Numbered from the stretch's first letter, positions 37,740-51,142 are shown. The stretch: DNA of 64,000 bases from Takakia lepidozioides (GCA_030704615.1 CM060733.1:66588001-66652000); one strand, 5' to 3'. Notes: a model not told the origin generated them from the letters alone. Made by a program: numbers and translations.

Positions 37740-39057
37740 TGAGATAATGCCCTATACTTGCACAGCCACCGGCTGTGGGGGTTGTGATATTGCCGCCACT
37801 GTCCCTCCTATTACTGACATTTCTTGTACCTCTTGTGATGAAGACTGAAAAACCAGGGTTTTGGCATGCAAATAAGTAGCCACCAGCTGCTCCTCAAGAA
37901 CAAAGACTCATTTGTCGATGTTGGAACTCAAGTCATCTACTTGAGTCTACAGCCCTTCCACATCATCCTGTAACTCTGCTATCCTACCATAGACATTGTC
38001 TATAGTAGTTGTGGCAATGTTCTGCACCTGCAACCTGAGATTATTCATCTCCCCCTGAGTGAGCTTTCGTGGTGCCTTCCCTTCCACCGGCCCTTGTGTT
38101 AACCATACTTGCATAAGATGATTATCCACCTAGTCATATGGAGCACCCCGGAGAGCCTGCTCCTCCTTAAGTCTGTACACATCTAACTGATGTTGTAAGG
38201 CCTTCATGCACTTTGCATGAGGTTCAACTAGGCCCGCATAGGCAGCAGCCAGATTATTGGCTTCCTTCCAAGCCTTGTTAGCCACAGAGAGTTCATTCTT
38301 GTGGCCCGTGAGTGATTGCTGCAACTGCAGGATGAACCTTTCCTTCTTAGCCTCAAACTGACTGTACTGTTGGAAAGTATCCTCATTGCGACGGAGAGTA
38401 GCCTCAGATCAGCAATAAGTTTCCCCTGATCTACTGTCTCAGCCTCTGCCATCATACATCTCTCTGCTTGTCTGTTAACTTCTAATGCAGTTTGCCCCAG
38501 AGCAGTTCTTAGTGTGGCACATTGTATGGTCATTCTCTGATGAACTGTCTCCAACTCTGTATGAAGCACTGTCACTTCCTGCAATTTGCCCTCATGCTTC
38601 ACCTGCAATTGGTATAGCTGATGCTTATGCGCTTCATGCAACTTCCCTGCTCCAGACCCGCTTCAATCATATTCCCCTTTGCTAGCTGCAGGGCAGCCTT
38701 GGTGTCCTCCAATTCTTTCTGCAACTTGAGGTTGGCCTCCACATCCACCTTGTTTGCACACTCAGTGGCAATTTTAGCCTCAAACTCCTGCTTGAGTTCC
38801 TCTCTCAAAGCTGCCAATTGTGTAGATGGAACATGAGACTTCACATATGTGCCCAACAAATTGAGTGTTCTGCTTATGGAACTCATAAGCATGGCCTGCT
38901 GTGGGTCTTCATGGGAACCCTGTTGCTGGTCAACCTGATTCTCCACAGTGTGATGTTTCACCAACCATTTAGGCCATGTTCCCACAAGATCTTCGTCCTG
39001 AATGACCTCATTCTCCACAGGTGCTACAGTGCCCCTACCTTCTACCTCTGGAACCTC
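37740..39057 (-). pseudogene. Antisense family-A extra-ORF copy, distal part
   Basis: WLVKHHTVE..DPQQAMLM, QGPVEGKAPRKLTQ; continues at 52135. Confidence 0.9.
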
Positions 39058-40007
39058 TGTTAGAGGACTGTAGGGGACTTAGACACTTATACGGGATCTG
39101 TAGGGTACCCTTAAATTTTGCACAGACTGAGACAAACAGGAACCTTAGGGGTGACAGCAGCGCACTGTAGAAGGGGGTTACATAGCCCACACAGCCGACA
39201 CAGCAGACACAGCCCACACAGCAACACAGCCGTCACAGTCGTCACAGCCCACACAGCCCACACAGCCCACACAGCCGTCACAGTCGTCACAGCACAGCCC
39301 CACACAGCCGTCACAGTCGTCACAGCAGACACAGCCCACACAGCCAGTCACAGCCCGACACAGCACACAGCCAGTCACCGCTTGACACAGCTGTCACGAT
39401 AATAGGGAACGAAGAGTAGGACAGGAACGACTGTGGGGAACAAACCAGTGAAGGGAACATGTTAGTTCACATACGACGGTTAGAGAGGGAAACGGTTAGA
39501 ACCGCGGATAGGAGGATAAAGGGAAGAACGGGGAATGAGGGATCATCATTATTCGGGGAGGACTTCGGAGACAGGCGGGAGCGGAGATCGGAGAGCACGA
39601 TGAAGGAGAAAAGAGGATTAGTAGATGCTTGTTATATGCAAAGCTGTAGTGATATTGTAGAGAGTAGATTAGAGACATAATGGCTTCGGCCTGATACCTG
39701 ATAAATCATAATCTGATACTTATACGATACAATCACACTGTAGAGAGATCTGAGTGAAGCTGTGGATTGAATGGAGGAGTTAAGGAAACCGATAAATTGA
39801 TGAAGCAAACTGATACTTAATTATCAATGGTAAGGTAGCTAAGATGAATGCGGAAAAGGAAACAAATAGGAAACACCCCCATGATACACTAGCTGTAGGT
39901 CATGACTGATTGTTCTGCGCGGGCTGAGTACTTAGAGATTTCCAACTTCTATCTTGGAGTTTCCGCCTCGGATAGCGAAGGGATGGGTGAGTAAAAGCCG
40001 CGCGACA
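39058..40007 (+). repeat. 5' LTR (950 bp)
   Basis: tgttagagga...gcgcgaca; near-identical to 51181-52129. Confidence 0.97.
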
Positions 40008-40009
40008 TT

Positions 40010-40027
40010 TGGCGACCATACTGGGGA
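40010..40027 (+). promoter_or_regulatory. Primer-binding site, probably tRNA-Arg
   Basis: TGGCGACCATACTGGGGA 2 nt after the LTR; TGGCGAC start resembles tRNA-Arg PBSs. Confidence 0.75.
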
Positions 40028-41130
40028 CCTGGGACATGAACAACCAGATGTGACAGGCATCTGGTGGGATCATGGTGGTTGGACCATTAAAGAATTTGAA
40101 GTGAATCAAATTCCCTGTGGAACGAAGGAAGAAAGATTGTCCAAACAATTCTTTCAAAGGTTCTTGGAATTGCCAGACGGATGTAAAGAAAATATTCTTA
40201 AACGAGTGCATGATGCTGATCCAGAATGGGGTCTGGAGAAAGGAGTGATAAAGATTTATCAGGTAGCCTGTAGAGGAAGAGCACGTTGGTTACCAACATT
40301 AGTTTATGTGATAGCGTTGCTATCCATTAAACGAGTAGAGTTTGAAGGCTGGGAAGAAAGAAAGGTGAATGTTTATACTCATATGCATGAAGAGCTTGTA
40401 CTGGTAAAGAATTGGATTCCAAAGGATATTTTGTGGATCAAACTCACACCAAGAACAGCTTTTCAGACTTGTTTGCCATATGGTTATATGGTAACGGAGA
40501 CTTCAAGTATAGCCAAGGGTGCATTGAAGCTTGAAAGAAATCCAGGCATATACGAGAGATATTACAGAAGAGAGTTTTGGTTATTGCCACATTAAAAGAA
40601 ATGAAAGACATGGGACATGAGTGATGAAGAGAAGCTAGACGACAAGATTCATCAAAAAGAGAAAGCTATCTGAAAGCTAATTATCCATATCTTTGGGAGA
40701 GAGGAATAGACATAGGGGAATCATCTGGACCTCTCACACCATCAAGATCAAAAAGTGCATCACCTATACCGGAAGAACTAGAGTTGGATGCCACTCCTTC
40801 TGTTTCTTGCAAGAAAGATTAAGGGAATTGGTACAGGAAGAAGATCAATCACGAGGTGAAAGATCTGAGGTACATCCTTGGATAAAAGACTTGACAGAAA
40901 TCTTTGATAAGAGTTGGCATGGAACACCAAAAGCAGGAACTCCAGTTTCTGAAGCAGAAGATGAAGAAGGAGATGAGGATGTGGCAGAGCCAACGGAGAG
41001 TTCAGACTCTCCAACACCATTACAGTTGAGTTACATGAGTGAAGAAGAAACCCAAGGGCAGAACTTGGAGGATGAAAACAAGAGAGAGAAGAAATTGGAA
41101 GAGGAAGAATATGAAAGAAGTAGACCCAAC
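40028..41130 (+). CDS. Coding-like region upstream of the gag core (5' extra ORF or long gag N-terminus), frameshifted
   Basis: ORFs 39954-40595 and 40693-41136; no recognised domain. Confidence 0.45.
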
Positions 41131-41445
41131 AGCTGAGGTTGAGACTACAACCAGGACATCCCAACCCGTTGGACCTGGATCAAGTGGAGCACTTGGATCA
41201 CAGGCCAACGAAGGTGTCGGCTCAGGGGGATCAGGCGGGCTGCCTGGATCTGGCTCTGGGGGGACAGGGAGTGTGGGAAGTAGTGCAACTGAAGCTGGGA
41301 ATACTGTGAATATCGTGGGGCCAGAAGCAGGGAGTGCTCAAGGGCCACCACTTGGTGGAAGATCCACCACAAAACAACAGGTCCAGAAGGACCAGCACCA
41401 GCAAGGGTGCCAGCACCTGTCAGTGGGCAGAAGGTAGGGCCACAG

Positions 41446-42971
41446 ATGGCGTTACAACCAACACGGGCAAAACCACCCTTTCCAATATATTCAGGAAAAG
41501 GGGATCCCGATGTACACATTAGCCAATTTGAGCACATGTGTATAGTGAACAATGAGAATGGCGATGATGCCAAGATGAGACTGTTTCCTTGTTCACTTAT
41601 CAAGAAAGCAAGTGAATGGTATGCAAGATTCCCTGATAATCATTTCCTAACCTGGAATGGCTTGAATACAGCATTTCGAAATAGGTTCAGGACAAGTAAA
41701 ACTGAGGATGAAGAAGTATGGAAGTTTACAACAGCTGAAGCAGAAGAAGCATGAAACTGTTGAAGAGTATATGGAGAAGATGGAATTGATGATGAAAAAG
41801 CTGGCTGCAGTACCAGCACCCGGTTTACAGAAGACTTGGTTTGTGAGTGGACTAAGACCAGAGTTGCAGAAGAAAGTGGATATGTTACCCCATAATACAG
41901 TGGAGGAGGCATTTGAAACTGCAAACAGAATTGAGCAATTGGGAATGCTCAGGAGAGAGAAAAAGGAAGATGAGGACTCTGAAGATGAGTCAGATGAAGA
42001 AGAAGAGCAAGAACTAAAAAGAAAGAGTAAGAGAAGGAAAGTTGAAGAGGGATAACTATGAGAAAAGATTGGAAGAAATCTTGAAGAAGTATGCCACAGA
42101 GGCTGCAACACATTGGAGGAAGGGTGTATGGTGTGCAAAGTGCCAGAATGAAGGCCATACCACTACAGAATGCCACATGAAGGAGAAACACTGTACTATC
42201 TGTAAAATGGATAACCATTCTACTGAGAATTGTTACTACAACAGAAGGACAGCTGCAAGAGAACCTAGGCAAGTGAGGGTGCATCAGGGTGCAGCCCCAG
42301 CAAGAAGAAGCAATGATCAGGACCACTATGGTAGGTCTGGTGGTTATAACAATGGCATGGAAGGGAGAGGTAATTCAAGAGGGAATTACCAAGGAAATTC
42401 CAGAGGCAACTATCAGGGTAATCCAAGGGGGAATTACCAGCCCGGGAATCAGGATTATAGAAATAATCCAAGACCAGACCAAGGGCGAGGACCCAATGGT
42501 GAAGAGCTATGTTACTATTGTAATCAGCCAGGACATCGCAAGGCAGCCTGTTCATTCTGGATAAGACACCAGAATGAGATGAGAGCTCCTGTGAATGAGG
42601 GCCCAGTGGTGGCAGCTCACATGGTTAGGCCATGTGTTGTACCAGAAGTAAGTACAATGATAGTAACAAGAAGTAAAGCCAAACTAATACCTCCAGTAGA
42701 AGAGGAAGAAGATGAGACTGGAAGTGGCAATGATATGCCTGAAGATGAAGAGACTTGGAAGGATGAGAAGGAACTGCACAAGGAAGTGGCAGATACTATA
42801 AGGGAAATGCAAAAGAGTACTGATATTCCTGTGGCAGATTCCTCTGATTCGGATGGAGAAAAAGAGGGGAGTGAGGAAGAAAGGAAAAAAGAAGATGCAG
42901 ACATGCAAAGTAATGAAGAGACTTTGGCTGAAGTAATATGTCAGACCAAAGCACCATTGGACAGCTATTAG
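41446..42971 (+). CDS. gag: gag (capsid + three CCHC knuckles), frameshifted
   Basis: FPIYSGKGDPDVHISQFE..LFPCSLIKKASEWY; CAKCQNEGHTTTEC, CTICKMDNHSTENC, CYYCNQPGHRKAAC. Confidence 0.92.
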
Positions 42972-43117
42972 CTGTGGCACCTTATTGTAGGCACAGGCTG
43001 TATCAGCAATCAATCGAATTGCCCAAGAGACAGGAAACACAGACCTGAACAGCAAGGTGACCAGTTATAATGTGAAGCCGGAACAGGGCGAGAAACCAGT
43101 CATGGACTTTGATGATT

Positions 43118-46100
43118 CTATGCCAGTAATCCAATTGAGAATTGAAGCACAGAACTAACTGAAGTACTGAAGATGGTGGTTCTGGAGTAAATATCATGAC
43201 AGACCAATTAGGAAGAAGCTTGGTCTAAATAACATGAAACCAGCCCCATTTACAGTAACAATGGCAGATCAAAGAAGTGTACAGCCATTGGGATTAATAA
43301 GAGGAGTTAAGATACAGATACAGAAAATGATCTTTATGATCACAGTAACTGTATTAAAAATGGATGAAGTCATGGAGGCTTACTCTTATTTGGGACGTCC
43401 GTGGCTGAAACAGGCCAGGGTATTCCATGACTGGAATTCTCAGTTACTAACTGTGCATAATGGGATGCACGAGATACAAATTACCACAAAGAAATCTAGT
43501 AGATTACCTGCTACAAGAAGACCTCGAGGAGTCAAGAGTATGACTGGAGGAGGACTGGATGAGGAGCAGGAAGCTACCCTATTTGCTGCACACCCAGAAT
43601 GGGAGCAGGTTGCAGAGATGCGGCTGGAAAGCCTAAGTTGTTTGAGAGGTATCTGCTGTGGTGTAGTGACAGCAACACCAATTGAAGAGGAAACCAACTG
43701 TTACCCACCACATTTCTATGAAGAAAAGAGGAGAGATAGAAATCCTAGAAGAACCAGCCACTGTGAGCTTAAAGGATGAAGTGGTGACTGGTTGGACAAT
43801 CAGCTGATGAGCAGGTGAGAGAAGTAAATGTGGGAACTCAGGAGGAACCGAGAATGGTGAAAGTAGAGCTGATTTGGAGCCGGAATTCTTCGAAGAAGCT
43901 AAAAGCTTGTTCATCAAATACAGAGATGTATTTGCTTGGAGCTATGAGGATCTAAAAGGGACCCACCTGAAGTCTGTCAGCATAAAATTGAACTGGAACC
44001 AGGGTCAGTACCAATCAAGCAGGCGAGGTATAGAATGAATCCCAACTACGCACAGAAGGTTGGAGAAGAGATAAAGAAGTTGGCTGAGGCTAAGTTTATA
44101 TACCCAATAGAGTATACAACTTGGTTGTCACCCCATTGTTATAGTTCCCAAGAAGAATGGCAAACTAAGAGTATGTGTGAACTATAAGAAGCTGAATGCT
44201 TGTACGAAGAAAGATCCTTTCCCTTTGCCATTCACAGAAGCAGTATTAGACACTGTGGCAGGCCATGAGATGTACTCATTCATGGATGGCTTCAGTGGTT
44301 ATAATCAAGTGCAAGTGGCAGAAGAAGACCAAGGGAAAACAGCTTTCATCACAGACTGGGGGGCTTATGCATACAAAGTCATGCCCTTTGGACTTTGTAA
44401 TGCACCAGCGACCTTTCAGAGAGTGATAAGTGAATCTTTTCATGAGTATCTGGATGATTTCATGGGTGTTTTGGATGATTTCAGTGTGTACAGCTCTAAG
44501 AATGAGCACTTGCATAAATTGGAGTTATGCCTGGCCAGATGCAGGATGAGAGGTCTGGGCTTGAATCCAGAGAAGTGTACTTTCTGTGTGAACTCAGGGG
44601 TGCTTCTGGGACACATTGTGTGTAAGAAGGGACTCCTTGTGGATCCCAGGAAGACAGAGTCCATTAAAGTCTCTCCACCACCAGTGAATGTTAAGAGTTT
44701 AAGGAGATTCCTTGGGCAAACCAGTTATTACAGAAGATTTGTCAAAAGGTATGCACAAATAGCAGCACCATTGAGCAAGCTTCTGAAGAAAGATGCAGTG
44801 TTTGCATGGACAGCTGAATGTCAACAGGCGTTTGAGGAACTTACACTGTCAGTAACAACTACACCTGTGCTGATTAACCCTCACTGGCATGTAGTATTCA
44901 TGTTCACTGCGATGCATCAGGAGAAGCGTTGGGAGCGGTGTTAGCCCAGAATGTTACAGGGAATATAGATTCACCTGTGTACTATGCTAGCCGGTTGATG
45001 AACAGTGCTGAGAGGAACTATAGCACAACGGAAAGAGAAGCATTGGCAATGATCTATGCAGTGAAGAAATTCAGGCATTACCTATTGGGAAGAAAGTTTA
45101 TGTTTTATGTGGATCACCAGGCTCTGATATATCTGGTGAACAAACCTTTGATAAGTGGAAGGATAGCGAGGTGGTTAATAATCTTGCATGAGTTTGAGTT
45201 CGAGGTTATTTACAAGCCTGGCCGTTTGCATCTTGTGGCAGATCATTTGTCACGACTAACAACAGGAGAGGCCGCCACAGGAGTGGACGATCAGTTACCT
45301 GATGCGAGTTTATTTGTAATGGAGGTGCAAGGAAGTGCAGATGAATGGTTAGATTGGCAGTGGCCAATCAGATACTACCTTGCTCATGGTCAGTGCCCAC
45401 CTAGTTATGGTAAGGAGCAGAGGAAGAGAATCGCTATCAAGCTTTACCTTATACTATGGTAGGAAGCAGAATGTATAAGTTAGGACCTGATGGAGTACTA
45501 AAACGATGCTTGTACCACCATGAAGTAAATAAAGTCTTGGGGAAGTTCATAAAGGAGTGGCTGGAGGTCATTTTGGAGAAGAGACTACCAGTAGAAAGAT
45601 ACTACTCGCAGGATACTGGTGGCCTACTTTGTTCAAAGATGTACATGAGTATTGTCAGAAGTGTGATGAATGTCAGAGGCTAGGACCTTTGCAGAGATCT
45701 GGAAGAATGGCCTTGCATCCTACAATGCCTACGGAACCATTTCAGAAATGGGGACTAGACTTTGTTGGACCAATTAATCCACCATCCAAGAATACACAAA
45801 ACAGGTACATAATTACAGCCACTGATTATACTACAAAGTGGGTGGAAGCTAAAGCTTTGAGGGACAACACAGCCAAGTCCACAGCAAGTTCCTGTACGAG
45901 AACATACTTACACGATTTGGATGTCCCTTAGAATTTATCAGTGATCAAGGAAGTCACTTCATGAATGAGACCATTGAGTTATTGACTAAAGAGTTTATGA
46001 TTGTGCATAGAAGAGTACAACATATTACCCACAGGGTAATGGACAGGCAGAGGCTACCAACAAAATACTATGTACTATCTTGGCTAAGATAGTCAATGCA

Positions 46101-46925
46101 AACAGAACGGATTGGGATACAAAGCTGCTGACAGCTTTATGGTCATACAGGACTTCATATAAAGTCACCACAAAGTATACACCATTCCAATTAGTTTATG
46201 GTATGGAAGCCTTACTTCCAGTGGAATTCCTGTTACCTACCATGAGAACGGAGTGGGGAAAAAGAATGGAATTGCAAGACTCCATCAAGGTCAGGAAACA
46301 TGAATTATACCATGTGGAAGAAGTACGTGCTGATGCAGCTGATAATATGACCAGAATTCAGATGAAGCGAAAGGAACAGTTTGATGAAGGCAAGTTAAAG
46401 ACTTTTAAGACGGGGGATTTGGTTCTATGGTTGCAGAAGAAAGGAAAGATTCAAGCTTCTAAGCTTAAATCACCATGGAAAGGACCTTATGTCATACAAA
46501 AGATGTATGATAACAACACAGCCATGTTACAAACCATTAACAAAGAAATGCTGGGAAGAGTCAATGCAAATAAGTTGAAGGGGTACAGTGGTATCCATGA
46601 CAAACCCCTGCAGCATGATTTGCATGTTGAACCGCAAGAGCAGTCACGGGCTGCACCAGTGTTACGAACGATGGAACACTTGTCGCTAGGCCCAGTATAT
46701 ATGACCGGGGTGGGCAAAACAAACGTGACAGCCTATCACAGCCCTCACACACTCCTATCACAGTCCGTCACACGTGACCACAGCCTATCACAACCTACCG
46801 CAAGCGTGTCACACAGCCTATCACAGCTTACCACAGTTCAACACAGCCTATCACACAGCGTAACACAGTATGACACACAGCCTGTCACAGCTCAACACAG
46901 CCTACTAAAGTTACACGATCCATAG
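43118..46925 (+). CDS. pol: pol (protease, RT, RNase H, integrase), frameshifted
   Basis: DGGSGVN protease; [27 protein letters not shown]; [13 protein letters not shown] RNase H; [23 protein letters not shown] integrase; GPY. Confidence 0.95.
46727..46915 (+). repeat. cacagcc-type minisatellite after integrase
   Basis: Repeated cacagcctatcaca, similar to the LTR minisatellite. Confidence 0.8.
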
Positions 46926-47959
46926 AATCAGTGACAAGTGGACACATAAAACTTCAGGAAAATGGCTGAAGGTAGAAGAAACGGAAATTAATTTAAAAAT
47001 AGACCACGTGGAGGTCAGGGTGCGACACACAGCAGAGAATGAAGTGCAAGGACAGGTGTCAAAAAGAAAGGACAAGAACGGCCGTCAAAAGGGATGAAAG
47101 GCGGGCCCATTAATGAATACGGAAAAAGGGAAACAGAACGAACGGGCAAGTACATAAAAACTGAATTCAATGTCGCATGTTGATCCTAGTGGACTATCCA
47201 ACAGGGAAAGTCCACTAAAGAAGATAAAAGTTAAAATCCAGTCACAGCTGATACAGCCAATAGAAAACCAGAAAAATGATCAAGAAATGGAGGAAATTAA
47301 GCGCAAGAGGCGGCGTCGTTCTGAGTAACGGGCGTCTCGACAGGACAGGCCATAAATGCTATAACTTGGAAACTATAAGGAGCTAACAGACTATACGCTC
47401 GCAATATTACTTACGCAATGCGGAGACACGAAACGAAAGAGCAGAGCTTTTCTCTTGAACAATGCTTGCAAGCCCCGCAGGCTTACAAGAGATTACCCAT
47501 TTACCTTTCTGCGGCAACCATACGTTTATGCTTTGTGCACTACAGGCATTCCTGCAGTTGTTACAGCCAACCGCAGTTCTGTGAGTCTAAGATGAAGAGA
47601 GTGAGAGGAATGGAGGAATCAGGGTGAAGAGCACCACAATTCTGCAAAAACAAACGATGGCTACCCCCACAGGCGATAAAGATACTGAAGGAACTGAGAT
47701 TGGAAGGATTGCAAAGCATGGATTGGACACTACACCATAGACAGTACATGTTACAATTTTTGCAGAACTTTGAGCCAAAGACAGGAACAACAACGGTGAA
47801 GGGAGTTGAATTAATGATTACTCCCCTATACCTCCAGCAATTGTTTCAATTGCCAGAAGGTCATGTGTATGTGGAGGAACACAGAGAAGACTGCAAATAG
47901 GGGATTTATTCCAAGAAGGGAGTTTCTTTAAAACTCAGGGTTATGCTTGTACCAAAGCT

Positions 47960-50900
47960 GTGTACCCAGGGTTAAAAGACATAGGCCAAGTATTGAACGT
48001 TCTGATTGCCCTGAAACAGAACCAACAATATTTGAGCAGATCCTTCACAGAGGAAATCCTCAAAGGCTTGAAGGGACAAGAGGTACCATGGGCGGACATA
48101 ATGTACAACGCACTGGTAGAGGAGATGAAAAGATTACAAGGTACTACCGCAAAATCTCCTATCATAGTGTCTGGCCCAATCATTGCTCAAATAATCCTTA
48201 GTTCTGGCATACTTAATGCACAAGAAAGGAAGGAAATGGGAGTGTTTGAGCCAGAAACAACTGCAATGGAAGAGCAAGGCTCTTCACACAGTGAGGGTGG
48301 ACTGGCAGCACAACCCGAGACTAAGAGACAGAGAAGGGGAAAGACTGTAGTGGCGGATCCACTGGCTTCACGGATTCCGCATGATAATGTTTCCCAAGCT
48401 CATGACCAGGGAGGGGCACAGCAGCACAAAAGAATGTTATTACTGGAAGCAGGACCTTCAGAGAGGGAGGAAGAAGTTACTTCTGCATCACAACCAACAC
48501 AGCCACTTGAACGACTTGTCACAAGGTCACAAGTTATCCATGAAGCTCAACCCGAAATAATAGATTTGGAAAGTGAAGGGATAGATATTCCAACTACAGA
48601 ACAGATAGTGGCGGAAATAGAGAAAGGGGACCTTCTCTATGAATATTCTGGTCTGGTCAAGCAGACAGAAATCCCAGAGGTGCAACAGTTGCCCAAGAAA
48701 AATCCTGAGGTACATATAATGCACACACCTGTGTCGGAGATACCACAGGCGGAAGGCCATGACACTGTAGCACCGGTCATAAATGAAGTAGTTCAGGAAG
48801 AAAATCCGGTGGGACAATGGTCTGAATGGTTAGTGAGACATCATACTGTTGAAGATCGGGAGGAACAGCAGCAACCTCACCATGATGACCCTCAACAGGC
48901 AATGCTGATGAATTCCATAGGCAGGACACTTAATTTGTTGGGGACTTATGTCAAAACCCATGTTCCAATTACCCAATTGACAGCCTTGAAAGAAGAACTC
49001 AGGAAGGAGTTTGAGGCTCGACTTGCCACTGAGTGTTCAAACAAGGTCGATGAAGAGGTCACTCTCAAGATGAAGCAGGACTTGGCCAATACAGAAATGG
49101 CTTTGCAATTGGCCAAGCAACAATTGATTGAGGCAGGCCTTGCGCAAGACCAGTTGCACGAAGCACATAAGCAACAGCTATACCAAATGCAGGTGCAGCA
49201 TGAAAGCAAGTTGCAAGAACTGAATGCACTACATACGGAGTTGCAGACAGTGCATAACAGGATGGAGATACAATGCGCTACATTTACAACTATGCTTGAC
49301 CAATCAACAAAAGAAATAAACAGTCAAGCGGAAAAATGTACGAAGGCAGAAGAAGAGAATGTGGAGCACATGAAGCTCATTGTCGATATGAAGAATACAA
49401 TATGTCGCAATGAAGATACTTTCAAGCAATACAGGCAGATGGAAGCTGAGAATGAGAAATACATCGTGGAGTTGCAACAAACCATCGTGGCCAATAGAAA
49501 TGAAATCGCGGTCAGTAACAAGGCTTCGAAAGAAGCCAATAATTTACTTGCTGCCTATGCGCAATTGGTTGAGCCACAGGCGAAGCGCATGAAGGCTTTA
49601 CAACAGCAGTTGGAATTGTATAAGCTAAGAGAGGAGCAAACTCTCAGGGGAACCACAAGCAGCTTGGTGGATAATAGCCTTATGCAGGTCTGGTTAGCAC
49701 AAGGGCCAGTAGAGGGCAAAAGCCCACGGAAGCTCACCCAAAGCGAGATGAATGAGCTCAGACTGCAGGTGCAGAACATTGCCACAACTACTATAGACAA
49801 TGTCTATAGTAGGATAGCAGAGTTACAAGAGGATGTAGACGGACTCCAGACTCAAGTGGAAGACCTCACTACAAACATCGACCAAAGAGTCTATATCCCT
49901 CAGGAACAGCTAATGGCTTCTTATTTGCAAGCCAGAACTCTGGCTTTTCAGTCTTCACAGGAGGTGCAGGAGATGCCAATGGTACAGGAACCAGTACCAC
50001 CACCACCACAACAGGTCAGTGTACCAGTAGCTGAACCTGTGGTTACTACAACCACACCACAGCCACCACAGCCGGAGGTATGGGGCAATGCAGCTTTTAA
50101 CCCACCTAAAACTCCAGCTGCCAGGGAGTACAGTAGGGCTATGATTATGCCCTTCAACCAAATTCCCATCATGTTGGATTTGGCTTGGAAAGAATTTAGT
50201 CCTCCGCAGTCATTCGCACATTACTACCAAATCATGCGTATCTGGCTGCCAGTGGCAACCAGGACTAAAGTTCTTCCAAACAATCGACATATTGAAGATC
50301 ATCACTTTGCACAATACTGGCACGAGGCAGGTACCATGTTGAGGGAATTGGTTGCTTTCCAGGTTGTACATGGACTCATTTATACCAAGACCAAGGAGAT
50401 AGCAAGTATTGTCATGGGGTGCGGGCTATACTACGCTGCTTGTTTCCTGATACGTTACCACATAGAGCAACAAAAGATGCAAGCACGATTTCAAAGTTAC
50501 TCCAGTGGAGATCATTGGGTATTACCTTCGGTGCCACCTCATATGTACCTATATGACCCAAAACTTATGATACAAAAGGATTCTCAAATTCGTTCATGGT
50601 TTCAAGCAGCCTGCAACAATTTGTCAACACAGAAATTCGGACTTGATGACATTTTCTATAAGGGACATATCGCATGGAAATACTTGCACGCGGCACCAGT
50701 AATTGGTACCCCACTCATCTGGACAGACAAGGAGCTCAGTGTCTACACCAATTTTGCTGTTCAACGGTTACACCAGGTTGTAAAATGCAAACTTCCAGAC
50801 ATGGTAGGACAGCATTGTATGCCCCAGATGATTCCACAAAAAGTTCGAAAATTAAAACACCTGAGAGGCGATGAGGATTCTGATACAACTGTTTCTTCAC

Positions 50901-51142
50901 AAAATTCTTTTGACATGGGAGAAGACTATGCAATTCAGATGGAAGAGAAGAAACAAAGGGGATCTCCTATGCCGGAAAGATTACCTCGATATCAACCTCC
51001 AGAAGGCCTCACTTATCCAGGTAGTGATCAACCATCTCCATCAACCAGAGACAGACCTCGGGCTCGTACACACAGCCCACCACGAAACTCTCAACGTCAA
51101 CAAGGTGCTCACTCACAAAGGGTTGCTACTCGGAAACAGTAA
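47960..51142 (+). CDS. Extra 3' ORF (1060 aa open; likely starts ~47656), env-position accessory protein
   Basis: Uninterrupted ORF between integrase and PPT; N-terminal Athila-ORF2/Transposase_32-like pattern, long coiled coil, conserved C-terminal domain. Confidence 0.88.
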   Translation: MYPGLKDIGQVLNVLIALKQNQQYLSRSFTEEILKGLKGQEVPWADIMYNALVEEMKRLQGTTAKSPIIVSGPIIAQIILSSGILNAQERKEMGVFEPETTAMEEQGSSHSEGGLAAQPETKRQRRGKTVVADPLASRIPHDNVSQAHDQGGAQQHKRMLLLEAGPSEREEEVTSASQPTQPLERLVTRSQVIHEAQPEIIDLESEGIDIPTTEQIVAEIEKGDLLYEYSGLVKQTEIPEVQQLPKKNPEVHIMHTPVSEIPQAEGHDTVAPVINEVVQEENPVGQWSEWLVRHHTVEDREEQQQPHHDDPQQAMLMNSIGRTLNLLGTYVKTHVPITQLTALKEELRKEFEARLATECSNKVDEEVTLKMKQDLANTEMALQLAKQQLIEAGLAQDQLHEAHKQQLYQMQVQHESKLQELNALHTELQTVHNRMEIQCATFTTMLDQSTKEINSQAEKCTKAEEENVEHMKLIVDMKNTICRNEDTFKQYRQMEAENEKYIVELQQTIVANRNEIAVSNKASKEANNLLAAYAQLVEPQAKRMKALQQQLELYKLREEQTLRGTTSSLVDNSLMQVWLAQGPVEGKSPRKLTQSEMNELRLQVQNIATTTIDNVYSRIAELQEDVDGLQTQVEDLTTNIDQRVYIPQEQLMASYLQARTLAFQSSQEVQEMPMVQEPVPPPPQQVSVPVAEPVVTTTTPQPPQPEVWGNAAFNPPKTPAAREYSRAMIMPFNQIPIMLDLAWKEFSPPQSFAHYYQIMRIWLPVATRTKVLPNNRHIEDHHFAQYWHEAGTMLRELVAFQVVHGLIYTKTKEIASIVMGCGLYYAACFLIRYHIEQQKMQARFQSYSSGDHWVLPSVPPHMYLYDPKLMIQKDSQIRSWFQAACNNLSTQKFGLDDIFYKGHIAWKYLHAAPVIGTPLIWTDKELSVYTNFAVQRLHQVVKCKLPDMVGQHCMPQMIPQKVRKLKHLRGDEDSDTTVSSQNSFDMGEDYAIQMEEKKQRGSPMPERLPRYQPPEGLTYPGSDQPSPSTRDRPRARTHSPPRNSQRQQGAHSQRVATRKQ

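Noticed and set aside
39111-39402. Cys-rich metallothionein-like ORFs (also 51113-51516)
   Set aside because: Translations of the LTR cacagcc minisatellite
47960-51142. Retroviral envelope gene
   Set aside because: No evident signal peptide or transmembrane helix; only the position is env-like
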